A DNA stretch of 64,000 bases, taken from contig CAVVNL010000021.1 of NCBI GenBank assembly GCA_963749565.1, positions 14,111 to 78,110 of the forward strand, in the 5' to 3' direction. Under the pieces are notes generated by a model. It had not been told where the DNA came from. It worked only from the letters and a program-made list of their open reading frames with translations, and made no database searches. The position numbers and the translations under genes were made by a program. Of the stretch, positions 20,210 through 29,345 are shown piece by piece (the first letter of the stretch is position 1; every line of letters begins with the position of its first letter). Origin of the DNA: an uncultured Acidobacteriota bacterium. Lineage in GTDB: Bacteria > Acidobacteriota > Vicinamibacteria > Vicinamibacterales > CAVVIG01.

Positions 20210-20280
20210 CGAATTGATGATTGCAGATTGCATGATTGCATGATTCTCTGATTGCTGACTGAATCTGCGTTGCAGACTGA
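20210..20280. repeat. Word array (GATTGCA/TGATTGC units) between ffs and the dnaX start
   Basis: Sequence is gaattgatgattgcagattgcatgattgcatgattctctgattgctgactgaatctgcgttgcagactg. On the minus strand it ends …CAATCATCAATTCGGG-ATG(dnaX). Confidence 0.7.
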
Positions 20281-20392
20281 ACCGCGGCCCGGAGGTCCTG
20301 CGGCACATGTCAGGATCTGCTTAGCGCTGCTGCCTTCCGGCCCTGACGCGGTTCGCAGGCTGAAATTGCACAGGTTCCGGACCGCGGTGCAA
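20278..20392 (-). ncRNA. ffs: Signal recognition particle RNA (small bacterial 4.5S-type)
   Basis: The minus strand reads …CGCGUCAGGGCCGGAAGGCAGCAGCGCUAAGCAGAUCCUGACAUGUGCCGCAGG…. This matches the E. coli 4.5S domain IV (…GGUCAGGUCCGGAAGGAAGCAGCCAAGGCAGAUGACGCGUGUGCCGGG…). The termini ACCGCGGUCCGG / CCGGGCCGCGGU pair. It lies upstream of dnaX, as in many bacteria. Confidence 0.8.
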
Positions 20393-20423
20393 TCCGCAAC
20401 GCTTCGCGAGTGTACTACGTTTT

Positions 20424-21275
20424 CTAAAGCGGCACGCGCGTGGCGAGCACCAGGTACTTCGCCAGCACCTCGCCGACGACGACGGTGAAAAAATCGACGT
20501 AGAGAATGCCGGTCGCCGACTGCGTCGAGCGAATCTTGGCGGTCTCCCACGTCAGATAGGACAGCACCGCGGGGCCGGCGAGGCCGAACAGCACGCGCTG
20601 CCAGAAGAAGATGCCGTCGACCGACATGATGTAGCGGCGAAAGCTCCCGACGTTGATGCCGACGGAGCCGGGCCGGCCTCCCACAACGCGATTCCCGCGA
20701 ACACGGCGGCGCCGACCACCACGATCCTGAACACCATCGAGGCGATGTGGAGCTTGACGATCGACTGGAGGTGCCTGACCTGGAGCGACGGGATGACGAG
20801 GTACCAGTGGCCGAGGATCATCGCCGTGCAGGCGCCGCCGAGCAGCGCCGCCGAGCTGAGGAAGCTGACGGCGGTGAGGAGCTGCATCGGCACGGTGTCG
20901 CCGGCGGTCAGGGCGACTCGCCTGGAGGACGACGGCGAGCAGGCCGCCGCCCACGGCGATCGCCAGGATGGCCGGCCGGATCCGGGCGAGCGTGCGTCCG
21001 ACCGTCGCCCAGTAGAGGACGAAGCGCGGCCTCGGCGACGACGAGTGCGACCAGACCGACCCCTTCGAGCCCGACGGTCCGGCCGGGTCCGCCAGGCCCG
21101 ATAGCCCCACCAGGCCCTGCCGCTCCCTGGTACGGAACGCCAGCGCGATCGCGATCAGGATCGCGGCGAGCCCGGCGTTGAAGCGGAAGAACTTCACGCC
21201 CGCCTCGCGCGACACGAACACGAGCGTGAGGGCGATGCCGACGCCGAGGTGGCTGAGGAAGAGGAAGAGGATCAT
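20424..21275 (-). CDS. Polytopic membrane protein of unknown function (fragmented)
   Basis: N- and C-terminal TM segments are in ORF 20424-21275. The middle is in ORF 20552-20893 (…[55 protein letters not shown]…). There are at least two frame breaks. Confidence 0.5.
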   Translation of the reverse strand: MILFLFLSHLGVGIALTLVFVSREAGVKFFRFNAGLAAILIAIALAFRTRERQGLVGLSGLADPAGPSGSKGSVWSHSSSPRPRFVLYWATVGRTLARIRPAILAIAVGGGLLAVVLQASRPDRRRHRADAAPHRRQLPQLGGAARRRLHGDDPRPLVPRHPVAPGQAPPVDRQAPHRLDGVQDRGGRRRRVRGNRVVGGRPGSVGINVGSFRRYIMSVDGIFFWQRVLFGLAGPAVLSYLTWETAKIRSTQSATGILYVDFFTVVVGEVLAKYLVLATRVPL

Positions 21276-21277
21276 CA

Positions 21278-21368
21278 GGCAGGAGGGGCAGGAAGGGCAG
21301 GATCGGCGGGAATTGAACGGGCATCATGGCCCGTTCCTGCCTTCCTGCCCGTTCCGCCGATCCCGCCC
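21278..21368. repeat. Complex complementary word repeat (GGCAGGAAGG / CCTGCCTTCC and ATCGGCGGGA / TCCGCCGAT)
   Basis: The central stem GAACGGGC-atcatg-GCCCGTTC is flanked by segments arranged A-B…A'-B' rather than nested. The 3' end of the SOD ORF runs into the repeat. Confidence 0.7.
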
Positions 21369-21976
21369 CGTGATTACGCGCAGCCGCTTGTTGATCTCGG
21401 CCCAGTTGACGACGTTCCACCAGGCGTCGATGTAGTCGGGCCGGCGGTTCTGATACTTGAGGTAGTAGGCGTGCTCCCAGACGTCGACGCCGAAGACGAC
21501 CTTCTTGCCTTCCATCACCGGGCTGTCCTGGTTCGGGGTGCTCTCGATGGTCAGCTTGTTGCCGCTGCTCGATCACCCAGGCCCAGCCGCTGCCGAACCG
21601 GCCCACCGCCGCTTTCTTGACCTCTTCCTTGAACTTGTCGAAGCTGCCGAACGACGAGGTGATCGCGTCGGCGATGGCCCCGGTCGGCTGCACCGCCCGC
21701 GTTCGGACCCATGATCTGCCAGAACATCGAGTGGTTCACGTGGCCGCCGCCGTTGTTGCGGACCGCCGTCCGGATGTCTTCGGGGACGCTGTTGATGCCC
21801 TTGAGCAGATCCTCGATGCTCTTCGACTGGAGCTCGGGGTGCTTCTCCAGCGCCGCGTTGAGATTGGTGACGTACGCGTTGTGGTGCTTGCCGTGATGGA
21901 TCTCCATCGTCTGCTTGTCGATGTGCGGTTCGAGCGCATCGGATGGATAAGGGAGAGGGGGAAGCGAGTGAGCCAT
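21324..21976 (-). CDS. Fe/Mn superoxide dismutase
   Basis: [32 protein letters not shown]… (in the ORF 21551-23101 frame), …FGSGWAWV… (20908-21693) and …[19 protein letters not shown]… (21324-21518). There are two frame breaks. Confidence 0.85.
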
Positions 21977-22026
21977 CGGACGTCCTCCTTGTCGGGTCGA
22001 TAGACCGGAGCGATCGGTCACTTCGC

Positions 22027-23193
22027 TCAGTCGTGAATAGACAACATCCGGTCGAGCGCGACCCGCGTCCAGTGCTTCTGCTCGTCGGGGACGACGATGC
22101 GGTTGTGGACCTCGCCGTCGAGCAGCCCTTCGAGCACCCACAGCAGGTGATTCGGCGAGACGCGGAACATCGTCGAGCACAGGCAGCCGAACTGATCGAG
22201 CGACAGCACGGTGCGGTCCGGGCGCGACCTGCTGCGCGAGGCGATTGACCAGGTGGATCTCGGTGCCGACCGCCCAGACCGAGCCGACCGGGCTTTCCTT
22301 GACGCGGTTGATGATGTATTCGGTCGAGCCCGAATCGTCGGCCGCCTGCACCACGTCCCACGGCACCTCTGGATGGACGATGACGCGAAGGCCGGGATGC
22401 TGCGCGCGCATGATTTCGATCTGCCGCACGGTGAACCGCGCGTGAACCGAGCAGTGGCCCTTCCAGAGGATCATCCGCGCCTTCTTGACCGCGTCCGGCT
22501 CGAGCCCGCCCCAGATCTCGTTGGGATCCCAGACCACCATCTGGTCGAGCGGCACGCCAAGCTTGTACGCGGTGTTGCGGCCGAGATGCTGATCGGGCAG
22601 GAACAGGATGCGCTCGCCGCGCTCCCACGCCCACTTCAGCGTGGCCGCCGCGTTCGACGACGTGCAGACGACGCCGCCGTGCTCGCCGCAGAACGCTTTG
22701 ATGGAGGCGGCCGAATTGATGTAGGTGACCGGGACGACGCCCGGATCGTTCTCGCCCGGAGCGGCTCCTCCGTGGAGGATGCCCATCTGCCCGAGATCGT
22801 TCCAGCACATCTCGAGCTGATCGGGCGCGGCCATGTCGGCCATCGAGCAGCCGGCCGCGAGGTCCGGCAGGATCACCTGCTGATGCGGCGCGCTGAGCAC
22901 GTCGGCGCTCTCGGCCATGAAGTGCACGCCGCAGAAGACGATGAACTCGGCGTCGGGATGCTGGCTGACCTGGCGCGCGAGCTTGAACGAGTCGCCGGTG
23001 TAGTCGGCGAACTTGATCACTTCGTCGCGCTGGTAGTGGTGGCCGAGGATGACGAGGCGGCGGCCGAGCTTCGCCCTGGCGGCGGCGATGCGCGCGTCCA
23101 TCTCCTCATCGGACAGACCGAGATACGCTCGGGGAGCGGCTGGCGCTCGCCGATGTGCTCTTTCTCGTAGGCGGTCAGGAGAGGAATCAGCAT
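22027..23193 (-). CDS. nadA: Quinolinate synthase NadA
   Basis: …[28 protein letters not shown]…[11 protein letters not shown]…[13 protein letters not shown]… The C-terminal part is in ORF 22027-22209. The N-terminal 20 aa or so ([24 protein letters not shown] at 23193) are in a third frame. There are two frame breaks. Confidence 0.85.
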
Positions 23194-23254
23194 TTTCGTT
23201 CGCGAAACCTACTGGCTTGTGAAACTTTTCGCAAGCCCCTCTAACAGTATAGCA

Positions 23255-23340
23255 CCGGCTTCGGGCTTCATGAGCTCAGGGCTTCGGGCTTCAGGCTATG
23301 GGCTTCAGGCCGGCCTGAGCCCATAAGCCTAGAGCCCAGA
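23255..23340. repeat. Word hairpin built from GGGCTTC(A/G)G units
   Basis: GGCTTCAGGCTATGGGCTTCAGGCC|GGCCTGAGCCCATAAGCCTAGAGCC is an imperfect stem of about 25 bp centred at 23310-23313, preceded by further direct GGGCTTC units. It lies between the nadA start and the end of the mqnE-like gene. Confidence 0.8.
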
Positions 23341-24451
23341 TGTCAGTTCGTCGTGCTGCGTGCTCGATGACGTTGTAGAGCGTGTCGCGCTCGACCGGCT
23401 CGCGGCCGGCGGCCCTGATGAGGCGCTCGATCTCGCGCGGCGTCATCGCCTCGGGCGTGCGCGCGCCGGCCATGTGATAGATCTTCTCTTCCTGCACGGT
23501 CCCGTCGAGATCGTCCACGCCGAACCACAGCGCCGTCTGCGCCACTTCGACGCCGGTCGCAATCCAGAACGCCTTGACGTGCGGGATGTTGTCGAGCATC
23601 AGCCGCGACACCGCGTGGACGCGCAGGCTGTCGGCCGCGCTCGGCGCCGGCAGCTTCCGCATCTGGTTGTTGTCGGGGTGGAACGCCAGCGGGATGAACG
23701 CCTGAAAGCCGCCGGTTTCGTCCTGCAGCGCCCGCGCCCGCAGCATGTGATCGACGCGCTCTTCCGCCGTCTCGATGTGCCCGTACAGCATCGTCACGTT
23801 GCTGCGCATGCCGAGGCGGTGAGCGGTGCGATGGATCTCGAGGTAGCGCTCGGTGCCGCACTTGTCGTGGGCGATCTTCCGGCGCACGCGGTCCGCGAAG
23901 ATCTCGGCGCCGCCGCCCGGCAGCGAGTCGAGCCCCGCCGCCATCAGCTCGCGCAGCACCTGCTCGTCGGTCATGCCATACAGGTCGGCGAAGAACGCGA
24001 TCTCGACCGCCGTGAAGCACTTCAGGTGGATGCCGGGACGGATCCGCTTGAAGCCCCGCAGCATCTCCGTGTAGTAGTCGAACGGCAAATCGGGGTGCAG
24101 GCCGTTGACGACGTGGACCTCGGTGAGCGGCTGGTGGGCGCGCTTCCGCAGCTTGTCCCACGCCTCCTCGAGCGACATCGTGTACGCGCCCGGATCGCCC
24201 GGCTTGAGCCGCGCGAACGAGCAGAACAGGCAGCTCGCCACGCAGACGTTGGTCGCTTCGAGGCGGATGTTGTAGTTGTAGAAGGTGCGATCGCCGTGGC
24301 GCTTCTCGCGCTCCCGGTTGGCCAGCGCGCCGACGGCCAGGAGATCCGGCGCCTCGAACAGGCGGACGCCGTCGTCCAGGTCGAGGCGCACGCCGGCGTC
24401 GAGCTTGTCTGCGATGTCGAGGAGGCCGGCGGAGGCGAGGCGAGCTTGCAA
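23291..24451 (-). CDS. Radical SAM futalosine-pathway enzyme, MqnE-like (aminofutalosine synthase) or MqnC
   Basis: CxxxCxxC cluster motif (NVCVASCLFCSF) with family-typical …LHPDLPFDYY…, …GGGAEIF…, …MLYGHIET… A TTG start at 24451 is proposed (upstream residues are repeat-encoded). The C-terminal tail is repeat-encoded. Confidence 0.7.
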   Translation of the reverse strand: MQARLASAGLLDIADKLDAGVRLDLDDGVRLFEAPDLLAVGALANREREKRHGDRTFYNYNIRLEATNVCVASCLFCSFARLKPGDPGAYTMSLEEAWDKLRKRAHQPLTEVHVVNGLHPDLPFDYYTEMLRGFKRIRPGIHLKCFTAVEIAFFADLYGMTDEQVLRELMAAGLDSLPGGGAEIFADRVRRKIAHDKCGTERYLEIHRTAHRLGMRSNVTMLYGHIETAEERVDHMLRARALQDETGGFQAFIPLAFHPDNNQMRKLPAPSAADSLRVHAVSRLMLDNIPHVKAFWIATGVEVAQTALWFGVDDLDGTVQEEKIYHMAGARTPEAMTPREIERLIRAAGREPVERDTLYNVIEHAARRTDIWALGLWAQAGLKPIA

Positions 24452-24546
24452 TCGGGTAATCGGGTAATCGGGTAATTGGGTAATTGGATTGCTCAATTGC
24501 CACAATCAATTACCCGATTACCCGATTATCCAATTACCCAGATTGC
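24449..24546. repeat. Long word hairpin built from GGGTAAT(C/T)G units with CAATTG-containing centre
   Basis: The left arm atcgggtaatcgggtaatcgggtaattgggtaattggattg and the right arm caatcaattacccgattacccgattatccaattacccagat flank the loop ctcaattgccac. Confidence 0.85.
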
Positions 24547-24553
24547 CGTGCCG

Positions 24554-25057
24554 TCAGGAGATGCCGAAGATCTGGATTCGCAGCGACCGCGCGCGCGGGC
24601 CGTCGAGCTCCGCCATCAGGATGCGCTGCCATTGCCCGAGCACGACTTCCCCGCCGCTGACCTGCAGCGTCAGGTTGTGGCCGAGGAGCAGGGCGCGGAG
24701 ATGCGAGTCGGCGTTCATCCGATCGCAGTCGGAATGATCCGGATTGTTGTGCAGCCACTCGGCGTCGCGCGCGACCATCTGCTCGAGGAAGCGCTTGATG
24801 TCGGAGAGCAGCGCCGTCTGGAACTCGTTGATGAAGAGGGAGCAGGTCGTGTGCATCGACCAGAGGCTGACGAGCCCTTCGCGCATGTTGAAGCGCTTCG
24901 ACGAACTCCATCACCTGATTGGTGAGGTCGACCAGCTCGATCCGCTGATCGGTCTGATGACCAGCGTCTCGCCATGAATCGTAAGGCCGCCAACCGTCGC
25001 TGTCGCCACCTCTTCGACGGGCCGCTCGCGAACGGTGACGGTCGAACTCTTGCTCAT
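24554..25057 (-). CDS. yjbQ: YjbQ/UPF0047-family protein (secondary thiamine-phosphate synthase)
   Basis: …WSMHTTCSLFINE…HLRALLLGHNLTLQVSGGEVVLGQWQRILMAELDGPR… (ORF 24554-24886). The N-terminus MSKSSTVTV… (ATG at 25057) is in other frame(s). There are frame break(s) at about 24890-24960. Confidence 0.75.
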
Positions 25058-25194
25058 GCGGGTTCCTCTTGGCTGTTATGGAGTGTCCAGGTGCGAACAG
25101 GACATGTTACGCAAAAAGATGCACCCTGAGGCAACTCGCGCCTTCCGGTATACTCCGGCTAGTCCGGGCCTCGTACCGGACACTTACGATACCT

Positions 25195-25440
25195 TGACGT
25201 TCGCCCCGGCGGCCACGCGAAGTGGGTGCGAAGCCCACACGGTCCCGCCACTGTAAGCGGCTAGCGACGCTACGCTCTGGTCCCTGGTTCCTGGTCCTTC
25301 GTGCTTGGTCAGGTCCTTGGTCCCGCCACTGAGCCGCTGGCTTGGGAAGGCGCACGTAGATCGCATCGATCCGCGAGTCAGGAAACCTGGCCATCGGGGG
25401 CGTCCTTTTCCCGGCGCGCAAGACGCCGGAAGGAGCCCGG
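25195..25440 (+). promoter_or_regulatory. Cobalamin (B12) riboswitch with candidate SD-sequestering platform
   Basis: Core elements: GGTGCGAAGCCCACACGGTCCCGCCACTGTAAGCGG (25224-25260), GCCACTGAGCCGCTGGCTTGGGAAGGCG (25324-25351) and the B12 box AGTCAGGAAACCTGGCC (25376-25392). These are followed by the hairpin GGCGTC…GACGCC and the SD GGAAGGAG before the ATG at 25441. Confidence 0.8.
25276..25325. repeat. Direct word repeat (GGTCC(C/T)TGG units) inside the riboswitch variable region
   Basis: Sequence is ctggtccctggttcctggtccttcgtgcttggtcaggtccttggtccc, lying between the CTGTAAGCGG and GCCACTG riboswitch elements. Confidence 0.7.
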
Positions 25441-26118
25441 ATGAGCGTTGTCCCCCCCAAGCCGCGCGCCGCGATCTCATGGAGCGGCGGCAAAGACAGC
25501 TGCGCGGCGCTGCAGCGTGCGCGCGACGCGTTCGACGTCGTGGCCATGATCACGATGTTCGACGAGGACGCCGCGCGCAGCCGCTCCCACGGCCTGCGGC
25601 CCGAGGTGCTCGCGGCGCAGGCCGATCGCCTCGGGCTCCGCCAGGTCATCGGCCGGTGCACCTGGGCGACCTACGACGCGTGCTTCGCGCAGGCCCTTCG
25701 CGAAGTTGCATCCGACTCCGTCACGCACGTGATCTTCGGCGACATCCTGTTCGACGAGCACCGGCGATGGGCCGAACGCATGTGCGAGGACGCCGGCCTT
25801 GCGGCCGTCGAGCCGCTTTGGGGCTCTTCGACGACGACGTTGTTTCACGAATGGGTGGCGTCGGGCGCCGACGCGCTGATCGTCACGACGCGCGCCGCGC
25901 TGCTCGACGACCGCTGGCTGGGCCGGCGACTGAGCGCCGACCTGCTTCCGCTGTTCGAGCAGCTCGGCGTCGACCCCTGCGGCGAGCGCGGTGAATACCA
26001 CACGGTCGTCACCAACAGCCCGTTGTTCTGCCGGCCCCTGAAGCTGCGCGCGAACGGCTCGGTGCAGCGCGCCGACTGCTGGGCGCTCGACATGGTCCCC
26101 GATGCTGCGGGCGAGTGA
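25441..26118 (+). CDS. DUF71/COG2102 PP-loop ATP pyrophosphatase (Dph6 N-domain-like), copy 1
   Basis: Intact 225 aa. It has the PP-loop SWSGGKDS and the family C-terminal motif DPCGERGEYHT. It is the first gene after the riboswitch. Confidence 0.8.
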   Translation: MSVVPPKPRAAISWSGGKDSCAALQRARDAFDVVAMITMFDEDAARSRSHGLRPEVLAAQADRLGLRQVIGRCTWATYDACFAQALREVASDSVTHVIFGDILFDEHRRWAERMCEDAGLAAVEPLWGSSTTTLFHEWVASGADALIVTTRAALLDDRWLGRRLSADLLPLFEQLGVDPCGERGEYHTVVTNSPLFCRPLKLRANGSVQRADCWALDMVPDAAGE

Positions 26119-26967
26119 CATCACGTTCTCGTATGGGCGCCGTCCGGCCGACGAAATCCGGCTAAAGCCGGACACCACGTACCGCAGGCTGACGGTCCGG
26201 CTGAAGCCGGACACTACGCACGGGACGCGTACGTCCTGAAAGGGGTGTCGCTCGAGGTCAAGCGCGGCACGATCGTCGGCCTGCTCGGTCCGAACGGCTC
26301 CGGCAAGACGACGCTGCTGCGCATCATCTCGGGCGTCCTGAAGCCGCTCGCCGGACGCGTGTGGCTCGACGGACGGCCGATCGAGCAGCTGACGCGGCGC
26401 GATCTCGCCCGCCGGGTCGCGGTCGTGCCGCAGGAAACGCACTCGACCTTCGACTTCAGCGTGCTCGACATGGTGCTGATGGGCCGGTACCCGCACCTCG
26501 GCCCGTTCGAGCTCGAGGGCGCCGCCGACCAGGAGATCGCGCGGGACGCGCTGCGCGCCACGGGCACGGCCGCGCTCGACACGCGGGCGTTCGCCACCTT
26601 GAGCGGCGGCGAGAAGCAGCGCGTCGTGATCGCGAGCGCGCTCGCGCAGGCGTCGGACATGCTGCTGCTCGACGAGCCGACGGCGGCACTCGATCTTCGC
26701 TATCAGTTCGAGATTGCGACGCTGCTGCGGGGGCTGAACGTGGAGCGCGGCACGACGATGATCGTGTCGACGCACGACCTGAACCTGGCGGCGGCGCTCT
26801 GCGAGCGCATCGTGCTGCTCAAGCAGGGGCGGGTGCTCGCCCAGGGGCCGACGCGGGAGACGCTGACGGCGGAAAACATCCGCTTGCTCTACGACGTCGA
26901 CGCGGACGTGCAGTTTCATCCGCGCGCCGGTCACCTGACGGTGGTGCCCATTGCCCGAACGAGCTGA
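26102..26967 (+). CDS. ABC transporter ATP-binding protein, BtuD/FepC-type (5' end interrupted by REP-like insert)
   Basis: MLRASDITFSYGRRP (ATG at 26102) is followed by an insert of about 86 nt, then …VLKGVSLEVKRGTIVGLLGPNGSGKTTLL…LSGGEKQRV…LLLDEP… (ORF 26245-26967). The two parts are in different frames. Confidence 0.75.
26157..26212. repeat. Two REP-like stem-loops (TCCGGC-TAAA-GCCGGA and GTCCGGC-TGAA-GCCGGAC) inside the ABC ATPase 5' coding region
   Basis: Elements at 26157-26172 and 26195-26212, each followed by ACAC(C/T)ACG. In one frame they translate as the low-complexity peptide RLKPDTT. Confidence 0.8.
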
Positions 26968-27997
26968 GGCGATCGCCGGATTCCGGCCGCGCACGCCGAT
27001 TCGACGCCGGCTGATGTGGACGCTGGCGGGTTTCGGCACGCTCGCCGCCGGCGCCTGCCTGCTCGCGCCGCTCGTCGGCAGCACGCGCATCAGCCTGGCC
27101 GCGGTGTTCGACCGGTCGATCCCGTACGCCGACAACATCGACGCGCAGATTTTCTTCGTCGCGCGGCTGCCGCGCGTGCTCGCCGCGGCGCTCGTCGGCA
27201 GCGCGCTGGCGCTCTCCGGCGTCGTGTTTCAGGCGCTGCTGCGGAACCCGCTGGCGTCGCCCGACACGCTCGGCGTCTCCGCGGGCGCGTCCCTCGGCGC
27301 GATGATGGCGATCACCTTCGACCTCGATTTCTCGCTGCTCGGCATCTCGGCCGTGCCGCTGGCGAGCTTCTCCGGGTCGATCGGCGCGCTGGCGATCGTG
27401 TACGGCCTGTCGGCGGCCAGACGGCGCGGAACCTCCGCCGTCGTGCTGCTGCTCGGCGGCGTGACGCTGCACGCTGCTGCTGTCGGCGGTCATCGCGTTC
27501 GTGCAGTACCTGGCGGATTTCACGCGAGACGTTCCGCAACGTGCGCTGGCTGATGGGATCGCTCGACGTCGCCTCCTTTTCGCCGATCGTCGCGGCGCTC
27601 GTGCCGATGGCGATCGCGTGGGCCGGATTCGCCACGCTGCCGCGGGTGCTCGATCTCATCAGCGTCGGCAGCGAATCGGCCGCCGCGCGCGGCGTCAACG
27701 TCGAGCGGACGGAGCGCGTCGCGCTCGTCAGCGCGTCGCTGGCCACCGGCGCCGCGGTGTCGCTGGCGGGCCCGGTCTCGTTTGTCGGCATCATCGTGCC
27801 GCACCTCGTGCGGCTGATCGTCGGCGCGGATCATCGGCTCGTGCTGCCGGCGTCGGCGCTCTTCGGCGCCGCGTTTCTCATCGGCTGCGACCTCGTCGCG
27901 CGCACCATCATCGCGCCGCTCGAGCTGCCGGTCGGCATCGTCACCGCCATCATCGGAGGCCCGGTATTTCTTATGGCTGCTGTTCCGCCGCGCATGA
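26951..27997 (+). CDS. FecCD/BtuC-type ABC permease
   Basis: …RLPRVLAAALVGSALALSGVVFQALLRNPLASPDTLGVSAGA… (ORF 26951-27553), then …GPVSFVGIIVPHLVRL… (the 27016-28635 frame). The terminal FLWLLFRRA* is in a third frame (TGA at 27995-27997). There are at least two frame breaks. Alternative start: ATG at 27014. Confidence 0.8.
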
Positions 27998-28874
27998 AGC
28001 TCGTTCGCGTCGATCGCGCTCGTCGTCCTTGCAGGCTCGCGGCGTCTCTCGAGGCCGCGGGCGCCGGCGCCCAGAGCGCCGAGGGACCCCGCCGCATCAT
28101 CTCGCTCGTGCCCGCGACGACCGAAATGCTGTTCGCGATGGGCGCAGGCGACCGGGTCGCCGGCGTCAGCAACTACGACCGCTTTCCGCCGGAGGTCGCG
28201 CGGCTTCCGCGCGTCGGCGGACTGCTCGATCCGGACGTCGAACGGGTGCTGTCGCTGAAGCCGGACCTCGTCATCGTCTACGACACGCAGACGGATCTGA
28301 AGCGGCAGCTCGAACGCGCCCGCATTCCGATCTTCGGCTACCGGCATCGCGACCTGCGGGACATCACCGAGACGATGCGGGCGCTCGGCGCGCGCATCGG
28401 CGCCAGGGCTGCCGCGGACGCCGCGGCGAGCCGCATCGAACAGCAGCTGGCCGCCATCGGGACGCCGCGTCGCAGGCCGGCCGAGGCCGAAAACGCTGCT
28501 CGTCTTCGGGCGGGAGCAGGGCACGCTGCGCCACATCAACGCGAGCGGCGGCTACGGATTCCTCCACGACGTCCTCGAGCTCGCCGGCGGCGCCAACGTG
28601 CTCGCCGATCTGCACGAAGCAGGCGGTCGACATGAGCACGGAGATGGTCCTGACGCGGGCGCCCGAGGTGATCCTCGAGCTGCACTACGGCGATTCGCTC
28701 AGGCCCGAGCGGCTGGGCCCGGAGCGGCTGGTGTGGAACGCGCTCGCGTCCGTCCCGGCGGTGAGAACCAATCGCGTCTACCTGCTCGGCGGCGACGAGT
28801 TCGTCGTCCCGGGGCCGCGGATCGTGATCGCGGCGGAACGGTTTGCGCGGACGCTGCACCCGGAGGCGCGATGA
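27994..28874 (+). CDS. Periplasmic cobalamin/siderophore-type substrate-binding protein (BtuF-like)
   Basis: ATG at 27994 overlaps the permease stop (ATGA). …RRIISLVPATTEMLFAMGAGDRVAGVSNYDRFP…LKPDLVIVYD… The C-terminal part is in ORF 27501-28874 (…RTNRVYLLGGDEFVVPGPR…). There are several frame breaks. Confidence 0.75.
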
Positions 28875-28900
28875 CGTGGCCGACGCCCGAATCTGGTCAT

Positions 28901-28950
28901 CTGGTCATCTGGTTATTTGGTCATTGATTGGGGATTTGGGTCGATTGTTG
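28901..28950. repeat. Left arm of GGTCATCTGG-word inverted repeat flanking the four-helix-bundle gene
   Basis: aatctggtcatctggtcatctggttatttggtcattgattggggatttgg is near-identical to the reverse complement of 29346-29395. Confidence 0.85.
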
Positions 28951-29315
28951 AGCGCAGGTTGGTGCGGGCAGTGCGCAGCGAGCTTCGCGAAGATCGCGCG
29001 CAACTCGCTCGCTTCGGCGCGCGCGGGATCGCACGTCGAGACGGCGAGAAGCTGCGACTTCGGTCGATGACATCGAGCCAGTAGACGCGATTCGTCGGTT
29101 TCTTCGACGACGATCTGAGCTTCGCGATGAACTCGAGCTCGCGAGCGAGCGCTGCACGCAGCGCGATAGTTCGCGCCGACTGACGTGGCACTTTTTGCCA
29201 ATTGTCGGCCGATAACCTGGCCGCAGGCGCATGAGGAAACTTGTCGATCAGCCGTAAGACCGTGAGCGCAAAAGAGATCGTCCGTTGCTTTCAATTGCTC
29301 GCTCTGAGCGCTCAT
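28905..29315 (-). CDS. Four-helix-bundle protein (23S rRNA IVS-protein / Avd-like family)
   Basis: …IGRQLAKSATSVGANYRAACSARSRA (ORF 28905-29357), then EFIAKLR… and …VYWLDVI… (the 28913-29191 frame), typical of TIGR02436-type proteins. There is one frame break near 29130. Both ends abut repeat arms. Confidence 0.65.
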   Translation of the reverse strand: MSAQSEQLKATDDLFCAHGLTADRQVSSCACGQVIGRQLAKSATSVGANYRAACSARSRARVHREAQIVVEETDESRLLARCHRPKSQLLAVSTCDPARAEASELRAIFAKLAAHCPHQPALNNRPKSPINDQITR

Positions 29316-29345
29316 AGCGATCGATTCACATACATGCCAGTCGTA

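Noticed and set aside
25127-25222. Candidate promoters for the riboswitch operon (TATACT at 25150-25155; TTGACG at 25194-25199).
   Set aside because: Neither has a convincing partner hexamer at 16-18-nt spacing, and promoter consensus for this lineage is unknown to me. I therefore did not report them as features.
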